In this document: positions 20,137 through 30,781 of the stretch, piece by piece | How the letters are laid out: every line of letters begins with the position of its first letter | Numbering within the stretch: the stretch's first letter is position 1 | From: Candidatus Babeliales bacterium | GTDB taxonomy: Bacteria; Babelota; Babeliae; Babelales; JANWKD01 | Assembly (NCBI GenBank): GCA_963722255.1 | Contig: CAVRJO010000001.1 | Location: forward strand, 448,001-512,000 | Direction of reading: 5' to 3' | DNA length: 64,000 nucleotides | Translations under genes and position numbers: made by a program | The notes under the pieces: model-generated | The model's input: only the letters and a program-made list of their open reading frames with translations | The model's database searches: none | Told to the model about the DNA's origin: nothing

Positions 20137-20431
20137 ATTTTTTTTTAATTTCGTGTCTTGACAAAGGGGTTCACTATATAACAACTAATAAACCTGAAAT
20201 AGTAAAACTATTATTAGATGCAGGTGCCAATGTAACCCAAAAAGAACTAGAACTTGCACATGATAATTCTGAAATACAAAAATTGCTTCTTGAATATTTT
20301 AAAAAATGATTTGCAAATTAATCCACAGGTATAGTTTTTGGGTTAAAAACTTTTATAAAATCAAATAAATATTTGCTTCATGTTAAATAATAAGCTGTTT
20401 TAATGGTTCATTTTTCATCAAAGGAAAAGCT

Positions 20432-22948
20432 ATGAATAACCCAAACCAATCACTATCTTGGTGGAATGACCCTCAGGAAAAAATTATTGAATTATTAAAT
20501 ATTAATGCACACAATGGGTTAACTGATTCTCAAGTAAAAGAATATAGAGCTCAGTTTGGATCAAATACTTTTGCTGAAAACAAGCCAAAATCCCTTATAT
20601 CATTACTTATTGAAGGCATTAAAGAACCAATGATGCTTTTATTGTTAATAGTTGCGGTAGTTTCATTGATATTTGGCAAAATTGGTGAAGCGCTAACAAT
20701 GATATTTGTTGTTGCAGCGTATATTTCAGTTGAATTAATAAATAAGTTCAGAACTGACCGTACCATGGTAAATCTTAAAAAGCTTGCATCTCCAACTACA
20801 AAAGTTATGCGTAATGGCAAAATAGTTGAAATACAAACAAAAGATATTGTTGTGGGGGATATTTTAATTTTATCTGAAGGAGTTATTATCCCAGCCGATG
20901 CTCGGCTTTTATCTTCATATGGGCTTATTGTTAATGAAGCTTCGCTTACGGGAGAATCCTTACCTATTGAAAAGGATGCAGATGCTAAGATAGCTCAAAA
21001 TGCCACCCTTGGAGAGCGCAAAAATTGTGTTTTTTCAGGAACCATCGTATTAAATGGCGAAGGAACTGCCATTGCACTATCAGTTGGGCAGAAAAGCGAA
21101 TTTGGAAAAATTGCTCAGCAAGTACAAGCGACACAAAAAGAGACAACAGTATTGCAAGAATCTATGACAAAACTTGCAAAAGTATTGGCGATATTTGCTT
21201 TATTTGCAAGTGCTCTTATTCCAGCTCTAGGCTATTTTAGAGGACTGAGTCTTGAAGAAATGATTCTTACGTGGCTTTCCCTTACCTTTTTAATGATTCC
21301 CGGACAACCACCAATTATCATAACCATGTCTCTTGCACTTGCTGCTTTTGTTCTTGCAAAAAAACAGGTTATTGTAAAACGCCTTCGAGGTGTTGAAATA
21401 ATAGGTCAAGTAACCTCTGTAATTAGTGATAAAACAGGCACAATAACTGAGAATGCAATGGCTCTCGAAACTTTTTTTACCCTTGATGAAGAAACAAAAA
21501 AATTACCCGATAATATACAAGAAAAAATAGTATTAGCTCTTCCTGATTATTATGCCGACCCAACCGATAAAGCTGTTTTTAATGCATTAGCAATGACCAA
21601 AAAAAAATTTAAACATATAGGCTTTAGTGGATTTTCAACCAATAAGCCATGGCGTGATTTGACCTATAAAAAAAATGGAATACTCGTGCATGCTCTTGCA
21701 GGAAATCCGGAAATTTTAATTTCACATTCAAAACTTTCTTCTGAACAAAAAAAAAGAATGGAAAATATTGCAAAGCAACAAGCCGGTTTAGGCAAAAGAG
21801 TCACTGCTTATGCATACCTTGAAAATAATCAACAACAACTTAATGAACTTAAAGACCTTACTTTTGTTGCTCTTGCAGTCATGAGTGATCCAGTTCGCCA
21901 TAGTGTTAAAGAAGCAATTACTACGTTGGAAAAGGCTGCTGTTAATACGATTATTGTAACGGGAGATCATAAAGCAACAGCGCAAGCTATAGCTTCTGAA
22001 ATTGGGATTTCGGGTGAGGTTATAACCGGCGATCAAATTGAGAAAATGAATGATAAAGAACTTATTTCAAAACTGAGCCAATCTAATATTTTTGCAAGAA
22101 TGGATCCTTCCCAAAAGCTGCGCCTTGTTAAAATATTACAACAACAAGGAGAAATTGTGGCAGTAATAGGAGATGGTATTAATGATGCACCAGCACTAAA
22201 AGCAGCTCAGGTTGGTATTGCTATGGGCCGGATGGGCACAGATTTAGCAAAAGAAGTTTCAGATCTTATTTTAACCGATGATAATTACATTCATATTCCG
22301 GATGCTATTGCAGTAGGCAGAAAAGCTTTGGATAATTTCAAAAAAGGACTTACTTATTATTTATCTGCCAAATCTATATTGCTTACTATTTTTCTCATCC
22401 CATTGTTATTAAGGATCCCCTTTCCTTTTGCACCAATTCAGATAATTCTTATTGAGCTCTTAATGGATTTGGCTTCTTCAACGATTTTTGTTACCGAAGA
22501 GGCTGAACCCGGTATTATGGAAAGACCGGCACAAAAAATAAAAAATTTTCTTGGAAGACCTCTCATACTTAACATTATACAAAACGGTACAGCTCTTGCC
22601 GTTGGCATTCTATTCATATATCTAAGGACTTATCAAAAGTACGATGTAACGACTGCTCAAACAGCAGCTTTCGTTACATGGCTTTTAGGACATATTCTTT
22701 TAGCTTTAAATCTTAAGCAAGAAAAAAAGCCTCTTGTTATTCAAGGAATTTTGGCAAATTATTTTGGTTTTTTTTGGCTTTGCGCAATGATATTTTTTTC
22801 GTTTCTTATAACTTCTATTTCCCCGCTTCACCCTTATCTCAAAACAACCTGGTTACCGATTTCCATTTGGATAGAGATACTAATAATAGTATGTTTATCA
22901 ACTTTTTGGATCGAAGTTGTAAAATTAATGAAATATAAGAAAACTTAA
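20432..22948 (+). CDS. cation-transporting P-type ATPase (type II-like)
   Basis: LTGES, DKTGT phosphorylation site, TGD, GDGINDAPAL motifs. Confidence 0.95.
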   Translation: MNNPNQSLSWWNDPQEKIIELLNINAHNGLTDSQVKEYRAQFGSNTFAENKPKSLISLLIEGIKEPMMLLLLIVAVVSLIFGKIGEALTMIFVVAAYISVELINKFRTDRTMVNLKKLASPTTKVMRNGKIVEIQTKDIVVGDILILSEGVIIPADARLLSSYGLIVNEASLTGESLPIEKDADAKIAQNATLGERKNCVFSGTIVLNGEGTAIALSVGQKSEFGKIAQQVQATQKETTVLQESMTKLAKVLAIFALFASALIPALGYFRGLSLEEMILTWLSLTFLMIPGQPPIIITMSLALAAFVLAKKQVIVKRLRGVEIIGQVTSVISDKTGTITENAMALETFFTLDEETKKLPDNIQEKIVLALPDYYADPTDKAVFNALAMTKKKFKHIGFSGFSTNKPWRDLTYKKNGILVHALAGNPEILISHSKLSSEQKKRMENIAKQQAGLGKRVTAYAYLENNQQQLNELKDLTFVALAVMSDPVRHSVKEAITTLEKAAVNTIIVTGDHKATAQAIASEIGISGEVITGDQIEKMNDKELISKLSQSNIFARMDPSQKLRLVKILQQQGEIVAVIGDGINDAPALKAAQVGIAMGRMGTDLAKEVSDLILTDDNYIHIPDAIAVGRKALDNFKKGLTYYLSAKSILLTIFLIPLLLRIPFPFAPIQIILIELLMDLASSTIFVTEEAEPGIMERPAQKIKNFLGRPLILNIIQNGTALAVGILFIYLRTYQKYDVTTAQTAAFVTWLLGHILLALNLKQEKKPLVIQGILANYFGFFWLCAMIFFSFLITSISPLHPYLKTTWLPISIWIEILIIVCLSTFWIEVVKLMKYKKT

Positions 22949-22956
22949 AAATAAGA

Positions 22957-23667
22957 CTATTTATTAATCACCGGCGTAAATTGTTCTAATTGATAGATAC
23001 CAAGCTTTTTTTCGATAGTTGCTACTTTATCTACCATATGTTCAAAACCATTTTGACCAAATAATTTATGCTCTAAATCCTCAAATTTTTCTCCTAAATC
23101 TTCAAATTCTTTTTCACTTATTAATGAACGGACTTGAGGGAATAAGACCGTATCTTCGCGCGCTTCATGAGGGCGATACATAGTAATAAATTTTTGCAGC
23201 AAACTCTTGATAACTTTTTTATCTTTTGAATCGAAAGATTTTTTTGTAGTAACTATTGTTTTTAACTTGGCCGTAATTTCGCGACCCTTATTATGTTGAT
23301 TTTTTAGTGTTCTGACAAGCCTCACTTCTTTTTTGTTTTTTTCAAAAAGTGGAAATATATAATTCTCTTCCAACATTTCATGATAATCTTCGATAAAAGA
23401 TTTTATTATTCCTACTGCATCGCTAAGGACAGATGCGGGAAAATGAGTAGCGCTCTCTATCCTTCTTATAATTTCTTCATAAATTAAGAGAACTCGGTTC
23501 AATATGCCATGTTCTCGCATTAAATCTTCCGTTAGAGGAATTTCAAAATCCTCTTTTTTACACTTATTCATCGATGCTTCCTTTTTATCAGCACATACGA
23601 TCTGATTCGTCGTTATATAAAATATGAACGTTAATAAAAAAAATTTTGCTTTAAAAAATCTTTGCAT
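22957..23667 (-). CDS. hemerythrin-domain protein
   Basis: EDLMREHG, YHE..EE.YIFP, QH..GR, H.AREDTVLFP motifs. Confidence 0.88.
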   Translation of the reverse strand: MQRFFKAKFFLLTFIFYITTNQIVCADKKEASMNKCKKEDFEIPLTEDLMREHGILNRVLLIYEEIIRRIESATHFPASVLSDAVGIIKSFIEDYHEMLEENYIFPLFEKNKKEVRLVRTLKNQHNKGREITAKLKTIVTTKKSFDSKDKKVIKSLLQKFITMYRPHEAREDTVLFPQVRSLISEKEFEDLGEKFEDLEHKLFGQNGFEHMVDKVATIEKKLGIYQLEQFTPVINK

Positions 23668-23982
23668 TTTGGTTTCCTTAAAGGCTACACCCATAGTTTC
23701 AAAGATATGTATCTTTATAAGCATATATTCTTTATTTTAGGCCAAGCAAGAAAAGAGTAGTATAAATGTGGTCATAAATTTTCCTTCACAGTTACTAAAA
23801 ACTTATATTCCAGGATGTCCAAAGAGTAATGTTATATTTATCTAAAGTGCCAAAAAGATATACAAATTTGTTATAGGAAAAAAAATCTTTCTAATTTCCC
23901 AAGACATAAAAAACGTGTATGATGAATGGTATTGTAAATGATAAAAAAAAATTGTTTTTAATCATCTCAGGAGTCATTCATC

Positions 23983-24828
23983 ATGATTAAAAGGTTATTA
24001 TTAGGACTGGCATTATTCAACATATTCGCACTACAAGGTACTACTACTCATTTAGAAAAAACTATTGCATTGCATGATGAGATTGCAGAACATAAAAATT
24101 ACAATATTACTGTGGAAACTCATCCAATTCTTTACAAAATGGTTGAAGAACTGGTTTTTAGAGCGAACGTTGCTATGCCAAAGTATATAACAATATATGG
24201 AGCGGAATATCAGGTTGTTTCTAGAAATGGAGTTGTACAATCAAAAGAGCGCGATATTGGTGCTTATATTGATTTTTTGGGTGACTTGCATATTTGTTAT
24301 GAAGTTTTAGAACACGCAACATATGATGAAATTAATGGAATCATTGCTTTGGCTATAGCAGAAAAGTCTATTAATAAGCCGGAAAAAATTGCATTAACCG
24401 GTTTTGCTACTTTTGGCACTACGCTTTTATTAATTTATCTCTTGAATAAACAGTATAAACTGGGCCTAGGATCAGGTATTATTAATACATTGAATGATAA
24501 GTATTTTTGTGAAAGAGAAAATTTTATTCAATCAATAATCTTTTTTCTTATTGCACCCTCGCTCTTAACAACAAAGCTTGTTTCAAATTATTTGCAAAAG
24601 AGAATCGATCTTAAAGCAGCAAAATTAGTAACTGCGCAAGATATTGTTGATGGTCTTAAGAGAATATTTAAGATTAAAGAATCTTATTTCAAAGAAAATA
24701 TAGTAAGTCGAATTGCCTCGGCACTCAAGCTTAAAACAATAGCAAATACAATATTCTATCCAATACGAGCTTTTACTTTTGAAGAACGAATAAGTTATTT
24801 AGAAAAAGAAGCGGTTTTGGCTCTTTGA
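23983..24828 (+). CDS. hypothetical exported/membrane protein (degenerate M48-like)
   Basis: Signal peptide, HP.LY.MVEEL...ANV.MP and 2 TM helices, but no HExxH. Confidence 0.65.
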   Translation: MIKRLLLGLALFNIFALQGTTTHLEKTIALHDEIAEHKNYNITVETHPILYKMVEELVFRANVAMPKYITIYGAEYQVVSRNGVVQSKERDIGAYIDFLGDLHICYEVLEHATYDEINGIIALAIAEKSINKPEKIALTGFATFGTTLLLIYLLNKQYKLGLGSGIINTLNDKYFCERENFIQSIIFFLIAPSLLTTKLVSNYLQKRIDLKAAKLVTAQDIVDGLKRIFKIKESYFKENIVSRIASALKLKTIANTIFYPIRAFTFEERISYLEKEAVLAL

Positions 24829-24845
24829 ATGGAATACACTTATTC

Positions 24846-25742
24846 CTAAAAACTTATATTCCATGATGTCCAAAGAGTAACAATATATTTGTTGCCAAAG
24901 GTTTGAGGAAGATGGTCAAGTCCATAGGCAGCATAGAACAAAAGTCTGTTAGAAACATTGTTAATTGAAAACTTATACTTATAGACGCCATAAAAGTTAC
25001 TTCGTATATAATTTGCTTTCTGTACAATTTCATCAAGATTTGGGGATATACGAGCTCCATATCTGTAACGTGATGTATACCCAAATTCTACACCATGATG
25101 CAGATTCCAGTTATTTTTGTAAGCCAGAAGAAAATCTGAAATATTACCAAGAGTAAAAATATGTTTTTCTCCAACTGTATCAAGACCCTTTCTTGGAACA
25201 AAATAGATGTAGCGCATCCCATACAATAAAAAGTTAGTATGATTCAGTGTATAGGAGCCATCAAGTTGTGCTCCTATTCCAACAAGACTATACCCAAAAT
25301 CAACATGCTTAAGCCGTAAAAGTTTGTGTGTTGGAATTCCAAATAAACCGGACAACGTTACAACATTACGATCATTTTTCATAAGATTACGCCCAAAGGT
25401 AAACAAAATATCATCAGTTTCTGTACCGGAAAAGGTAGTTATATGATCGGCTCTTTCTACTATATGCGATACGGCAGCGTCGGTACGGAAATAATAGGGC
25501 CCAAAATCATAAATAAATGAACCAAGGCCACCTACAAAATTCTGTTTTACTCCCGTATATTTCCTGCGAAACTGATCAAAAAAAAGTCCAACGATAGTAT
25601 GACTTTTTCCATTCGGTTTTTCAAAGATAGGCTGCTTTGTAATTTGTGCAATGCGAAAGTTGTATACCATTGATATCGATACTAGATCTCTACACGATAT
25701 CATACTAAGAATGAGCAGACATCCATATTTTGTATAGTTCAT
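24846..25742 (-). CDS. hypothetical exported protein, possible outer-membrane beta-barrel
   Basis: Signal peptide; alternating aromatic/Gly beta-strand pattern; terminal Phe (WNISF). Confidence 0.6.
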   Translation of the reverse strand: MNYTKYGCLLILSMISCRDLVSISMVYNFRIAQITKQPIFEKPNGKSHTIVGLFFDQFRRKYTGVKQNFVGGLGSFIYDFGPYYFRTDAAVSHIVERADHITTFSGTETDDILFTFGRNLMKNDRNVVTLSGLFGIPTHKLLRLKHVDFGYSLVGIGAQLDGSYTLNHTNFLLYGMRYIYFVPRKGLDTVGEKHIFTLGNISDFLLAYKNNWNLHHGVEFGYTSRYRYGARISPNLDEIVQKANYIRSNFYGVYKYKFSINNVSNRLLFYAAYGLDHLPQTFGNKYIVTLWTSWNISF

Positions 25743-25813
25743 TACTTGTATCCTATTTTATAATTAGACTACTCTGAATAGTATAGATTAGTTTACTCCA
25801 AATAATGAAATGA

Positions 25814-26179
25814 GTGAAAACAATGAAGAATAACGAATTTAATTCAATGCAACTAGCTGAAGAGCGAACACTCCTTGCACTTGAGCGCACCTTTTCTGCT
25901 TGGCTTAGAACTGCGCTTACTGCGATGGCTGGTGGACTTGCGATTTTAAGATTAATCAGTTTTAGAAGTGAAACACATAAAATAATTGCCCATATTATTG
26001 GAGAGACACTTATTCTTTGGGGATGCCTCTTACTTGTTCTTTCATCAATTGACTATAATAAGATGCGCAAAAAGCTTTCTATGGCAAAAAATTATAAAGG
26101 CTCACAATGGGGATTTATTCTGCTCGTATTACCACTTTTGATTATATCAGCATTATTAATTTGGGTTACTGTGCCTTAG
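25814..26179 (+). CDS. DUF202/YidH-like membrane protein
   Basis: LAEERTLLALERTFSAWLRT motif; 3 TM. Confidence 0.85.
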   Translation: MKTMKNNEFNSMQLAEERTLLALERTFSAWLRTALTAMAGGLAILRLISFRSETHKIIAHIIGETLILWGCLLLVLSSIDYNKMRKKLSMAKNYKGSQWGFILLVLPLLIISALLIWVTVP

Positions 26180-26226
26180 ATTAATTTAGACAAGTATTTC
26201 GTTAAAAAACTCTCGTATACACATAA

Positions 26227-26263
26227 TAAAGAGCACTTTGTTGATTTTACAAAGTGCTCTTTA
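26227..26263. terminator. bidirectional terminator-like hairpin between convergent genes
   Basis: TAAAGAGCACTTTGT-tgatttt-ACAAAGTGCTCTTTA perfect 15-bp stem. Confidence 0.75.
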
Positions 26264-26313
26264 ATTTTATAATAAAAAAGTTTAGATTTTCTTAAGAAAA
26301 AAAGCTCATATGC

Positions 26314-27477
26314 TTATTTTTTACCTAATGCATATGCAAGACGTTCGCGACTTTTAATAACACCTTGTTTATAGGTTTCAAGATCCTCTTGTATACCTTC
26401 TTGCACCGATTGCTTACGTCCATGCTCATTAATAATTTCAATAGAAAGTGAAGCTCCTGCATCAATCAGCATATCAATTGCAAAGGTATTGTTCATAATA
26501 AGTGCCATACAAAGAGGTGTTGACTGGCTTTTGCCAACAGCAAATACAGTGTTTACATCAGCACCCTGATCAATGAGCTTTTTAAGCTCTTCTTGACTTG
26601 CCATAGCTCGTATATAGTGCATACCAATATCTGGACCACTCATTTTAACTTCTTGCTTAATCAGAGACGGTAAAGCCGCAATTTTATTTTTTATATATTC
26701 AAAGTTTTTCTGAATTGCCTCAGTCATTTGAGCTGATGAATCAATATGCTTATTAACCACTTCTTGAATAGTTGTATCCATTTTAGCGCCTGAACCCATC
26801 AAGAGGTCAATAATCTCTTCTGTTCCCGTGATAATAGCCACACTCATAGCAGAAAGAGTTCCCTGTGGTGTTTCAACCGTTCCATTAAGGTCAACACCGG
26901 AAGCGATAGATTTTTTAATGGCTTCCAAATCGCGTCCACTAATCGCCATAAGCAATCCCATCAAAATCTCAGCTTGAGAAGCTGTCATAGGTTGATTTAA
27001 ATCTACTATTTTTTTGAATTCTGTAATAAGCTGATCTTTTGGCATTCCACCTTCAATCTTACCCCATTGAACTCCATTTTTAAAAATTACAAACGAAGGA
27101 AAAGCTCTTACGCCACATTGAGCAGCTATTGTACGATTTTTATCTCCATCAATTGCAGCAAAAACCATATTTTGTTCTTCTTTGGCTAATTCAGCAAATA
27201 GCGGCTTAATCGCTGTGCATGGTTGACACCACGTAGCATAAAAATCAACAATTACCGGTTTTGTACTATTTTTAACAAACGATTCAAAGTTTTCACCGGT
27301 TAGTTCAATAACAACTGTTTGGCTTTTTACAGAAGCTTCTTGTTGAGGTTTTATAGTATGCTTATTTGGATCATAAGAACATACGCCATCTTTACATACC
27401 ATATTCTGTTCTGAACCTATGGCCGATCCTGTCATTACAACAAACATTGCAAAAGTAAATAATTTGATTCTTTTCAT
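26314..27477 (-). CDS. exported thioredoxin with C-terminal ankyrin-like repeats
   Basis: VDFYATWCQPC; GVDLN/GADVN/LIDAGA ankyrin-like motifs; signal peptide. Confidence 0.85.
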   Translation of the reverse strand: MKRIKLFTFAMFVVMTGSAIGSEQNMVCKDGVCSYDPNKHTIKPQQEASVKSQTVVIELTGENFESFVKNSTKPVIVDFYATWCQPCTAIKPLFAELAKEEQNMVFAAIDGDKNRTIAAQCGVRAFPSFVIFKNGVQWGKIEGGMPKDQLITEFKKIVDLNQPMTASQAEILMGLLMAISGRDLEAIKKSIASGVDLNGTVETPQGTLSAMSVAIITGTEEIIDLLMGSGAKMDTTIQEVVNKHIDSSAQMTEAIQKNFEYIKNKIAALPSLIKQEVKMSGPDIGMHYIRAMASQEELKKLIDQGADVNTVFAVGKSQSTPLCMALIMNNTFAIDMLIDAGASLSIEIINEHGRKQSVQEGIQEDLETYKQGVIKSRERLAYALGKK

Positions 27478-27670
27478 AAAGAACTCCTTGCGATAAGAAT
27501 TAATAGTAGAATCTTCAATCGCTTTAGCATACACTATTCTAATTGAAAAACAAGATGCGCTCATTCATATATAAATAAATATAACCATTTCTTCATTGAA
27601 CAATCTTCTCTTGCTTGTTTTTAATCCATTTTTCTATGCTTTCAAATGGATCATTTGTTAAGAATTCAGT

Positions 27671-28672
27671 ATGAAGATACGTAAGGAGTTTGCTATGAAT
27701 AACTCAATAACCAAGCTCATTCTTGATCCTGTTATACAAAAATTTGTTGACGATCTTGCTAAGCAAGGCGGCAAACCGGTGTATAAGCTCTCGTTTGAAG
27801 ATGCCCGCAAACTACTAGATGATTTGCAATCAAAGCCGGTTGAACTATTACCAGCCGATACCGAGGATCGCACAATATCGGAAGGATCAATTGGGCCTGT
27901 TAAAATTCGTATTATTCGTCCAAAAGGAAACACAAACATCTTACCGGTGATTATCTATATGCACGGCGGCGGGTGGGTACTTGGAGACAAAAAAACTCAT
28001 GATCGGTTAGTTCGTGAAATTGCCAACGGAGCACAAGCGGCTGTAGTCTTTGTGGAATACACTCCTGCACCTGAAGGTCAATATCCAATGGCTCATGAGC
28101 AAGGATATGCTACCGTTCAATGGGTAGTAAAGCATAGTAAGGAACTTAATCTTGATTGTTCGCGCATGGTAATTGCAGGTGACAGCGTTGGCGGACTTAT
28201 GGCAACTGCAATTGCTATGATGTCACAAGAACGCGGCGGCCCTCGTTTCCTTTTTCAACTACTCTTCTATCCGGTAACTGATGCTAATTTTGATACACCT
28301 TCTTATCAACAATTTGCAGAAGGGCCCTGGCTGACAAAAGCTGCAATGGAATGGTTTTGGGATAGTTATGTTCCTAATAAAACAGATCGCACAAAGCCAT
28401 TAGCGGCTCCTTTGAGAGCATCATTAGATCAGCTTAAACATTTACCCCCGGCATTAATTTTTACTAATGAATATGATGTATTGCGCGATGAAGGTGAAGC
28501 ATATGCGCATAAGCTTACGCAAGCTGGTGTCTCAGTCTCAGCATTTCGCTCGATTGGTGCGATTCATGATTGTTTAATGCTCAATCCAATTACACAGTCT
28601 CCGGGTGTACGATCAACAATAACTTTAGCAAATCGAAAGCTTTTAGAAATTTTCACAAAAAAAGAAAAATAA
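27671..28672 (+). CDS. alpha/beta hydrolase, HSL-family esterase/lipase
   Basis: HGGGW, GDSVGG, D.LRDEG and H catalytic motifs. Confidence 0.92.
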   Translation: MKIRKEFAMNNSITKLILDPVIQKFVDDLAKQGGKPVYKLSFEDARKLLDDLQSKPVELLPADTEDRTISEGSIGPVKIRIIRPKGNTNILPVIIYMHGGGWVLGDKKTHDRLVREIANGAQAAVVFVEYTPAPEGQYPMAHEQGYATVQWVVKHSKELNLDCSRMVIAGDSVGGLMATAIAMMSQERGGPRFLFQLLFYPVTDANFDTPSYQQFAEGPWLTKAAMEWFWDSYVPNKTDRTKPLAAPLRASLDQLKHLPPALIFTNEYDVLRDEGEAYAHKLTQAGVSVSAFRSIGAIHDCLMLNPITQSPGVRSTITLANRKLLEIFTKKEK

Positions 28673-28676
28673 AAAT

Positions 28677-28967
28677 CTATTTTCTGCTATGAACAGTAGA
28701 TGGATTAGGATCTTCTTCAATATATCGATATCGTTTATAATATCTTTCTCTGCTTGGGCTATCATTAAGAACTCTACCTTGATAATATCTTGCTCTCCCA
28801 TACTCAGCAGAAGCCGGTCCTTGTCTTAAAGGAGAATATCTGTACCCAGAAACAAGAGCCCTTTGGTCTTGCCCTGCACCAGCAGTACTGCCTGCATAAG
28901 GCGTACTATGTATTCTTATATATATCAGTACACCAATAAATAATGCACTATATAACCATTTCTTCAT
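28677..28967 (-). CDS. small hypothetical exported Arg/Tyr-rich protein
   Basis: Signal-like N-terminus MKKWLY... Confidence 0.55.
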   Translation of the reverse strand: MKKWLYSALFIGVLIYIRIHSTPYAGSTAGAGQDQRALVSGYRYSPLRQGPASAEYGRARYYQGRVLNDSPSRERYYKRYRYIEEDPNPSTVHSRK

Positions 28968-29068
28968 AAGCAATCTTTCTTTTTTTAGATTCTAGAGCAT
29001 TACAAATCCTATTATTTCTAATTGTAACAATTTGGCTATAAATAATGCAATATAATCTAAACAAAATG

Positions 29069-30661
29069 TTAGTCTTGCTTAGTTGTTACAACTTGTTCAT
29101 GAATATGCATAAGCAGTTTCTTTGCAGCACTATCCAGGGCTTGATTAACGTCTGGACACAAGGTACCCTCCATAGAATATTCTTGAGCATCTAAAGAACC
29201 TGAAATAATGCTAAAAAAATAATGGCTTTCCGGTTCATCTATCAGTCCACCCTTAATATGAGTTTTATAAATCGGTTGTTCTCTTTTAAGGTCTTTCAAC
29301 AAATTCGATAATAATAAATATGGCCTTGTGCGTGGTTTTGTAAGCTTATCAGGGATATTTTCAATAAATTTTATTTTATTTTTATCAAGATCAAAACCAA
29401 ATAGTCGATTTGCGCAATGAGCATAAAGATTCTCAGCAGCACTTTCAATTGCAGCCTTTCGTGTTAGTGCCGGCGTTCCTCTTATTGCCTTGCACAACCT
29501 ATTACTATGCGCAACACCAATAAATTTATACTCTTTTGATCCATCTTTTTCTACTTCAAATTTTGGCATATCAACTTTTTGTTTATAGGCAATCTTATGC
29601 AGCTTAACTAAAGCATTACTGGGTAACCCTGCTAACCAATCTTCTATGGAAAGATCAAAATCTTGATCAGGATTTTTTTGATACCACTCTTGCAAACTTT
29701 CAGGAGATGGTAGCAACATTTTCTTAAGCTCATCCTGGTCAGGCAATAATTCAACAAATCTGCATGCAGCACGATAAAATGCAGCACTCTTTATTGATAA
29801 GTTTATTTTACTTTCATCACTATGCTCATACCTAAAACTTTTGCCTGCAGTTAATAAGCTATCGCTTATCATTGTACATTCTATAGCCATTATTGTGGTC
29901 TGTGCTTCATAGTTCGTCTCATAGTTAATTGTAATTTTTTTGTTATTATTACTCCTCCATTGTGATAGTAGAGACTCTGGCGTCCTAGGAAGCTTGGATT
30001 TTTCCTGCAACATTGGTAACCAAAAGCGTAAAATGAAATTTTGAGCTGCTTGTGGACCACCGTCTTTATAGAGTGCAGCAATAAGTGCCATACATGATGC
30101 TTTGAGCATCGAAAGTGTAATGTTCCAATTCTTACCTTTAATACAATAGGATTCTAACCCAAGAACCTTTGACAAATCTGCCACATGTTCTTTTCGCATA
30201 AGCGCTGAACATGTATGCTCAATATCTTTGAATTTCGCCCCTTCATACTTTTTGGCAAGGACGGCCATTAATAGTTCTTGCACTATCGCAGAACCAAACC
30301 ATTCATAAAATGCACAATTACGATCTGGACAATACTTGCAAGGCGTTAATGCTTTTACTAACCTTTCAATTTTTTTAAAATTATGCCCAAGGATATATTC
30401 TAGGTGTGGAAGATCATAAAAATCAGGAAATAAATAGGCTGCTATTTTTTTATTTTCCTTTTTTTTCGCTGCATAATTAAAAGCAGTGAGCCCTCTGATA
30501 TCTTTTTGTTTAGGATCAACACCTCTTTCTTCCTTCAATGATCTTACTGCTTCAAAATCATGAGCCAACACTGCTTTTATAAGTTCAGATTGTTCCTCCT
30601 CCATACAAAAAAGGCTACAAACAGTACCAAATATTAACAACCAAAGACAAAAGATATTCAT
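29069..30661 (-). CDS. secreted protein: ankyrin + degenerate RNase III domain + dsRNA-binding domains
   Basis: Ankyrin LIKAV...GLTAFNYAA; RNase III-like LEYILGHNF...YEWFGSAIV...ALIAALYKDGG; dsRBD-like motifs ending KAAIESAA and ALDSAAKKLL. Confidence 0.75.
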   Translation of the reverse strand: MNIFCLWLLIFGTVCSLFCMEEEQSELIKAVLAHDFEAVRSLKEERGVDPKQKDIRGLTAFNYAAKKKENKKIAAYLFPDFYDLPHLEYILGHNFKKIERLVKALTPCKYCPDRNCAFYEWFGSAIVQELLMAVLAKKYEGAKFKDIEHTCSALMRKEHVADLSKVLGLESYCIKGKNWNITLSMLKASCMALIAALYKDGGPQAAQNFILRFWLPMLQEKSKLPRTPESLLSQWRSNNNKKITINYETNYEAQTTIMAIECTMISDSLLTAGKSFRYEHSDESKINLSIKSAAFYRAACRFVELLPDQDELKKMLLPSPESLQEWYQKNPDQDFDLSIEDWLAGLPSNALVKLHKIAYKQKVDMPKFEVEKDGSKEYKFIGVAHSNRLCKAIRGTPALTRKAAIESAAENLYAHCANRLFGFDLDKNKIKFIENIPDKLTKPRTRPYLLLSNLLKDLKREQPIYKTHIKGGLIDEPESHYFFSIISGSLDAQEYSMEGTLCPDVNQALDSAAKKLLMHIHEQVVTTKQD

Positions 30662-30781
30662 GGCAAACCCTAAGATTAAAAAAAGTTGTTCAAAATTATT
30701 TTTAGGATATCAGATAATGCAAGATTTAAAAAATTCAATTACATCTTTTAATCTATTTTTGTGTTTCATCTTCAGGATATA

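Larger units (their letters stand above)
18867..20178 (+). mobile_element. IS3-family insertion sequence
   Basis: Imperfect terminal IRs TATA(A/G)TGAACCCC...GACACGA; 3-bp TAA duplication at 18864-18866 and 20179-20181; orfA/orfB layout. Confidence 0.92.
17420..20309 (+). pseudogene. secreted ankyrin-repeat protein interrupted near its 3' end by IS3
   Basis: ORF 17420..18871 ends inside the IS; removing the IS and one TAA copy restores TPLEIAI-TTNKPEIVKLLLDAGANV...YFKK* ending at 20309. Confidence 0.88.
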
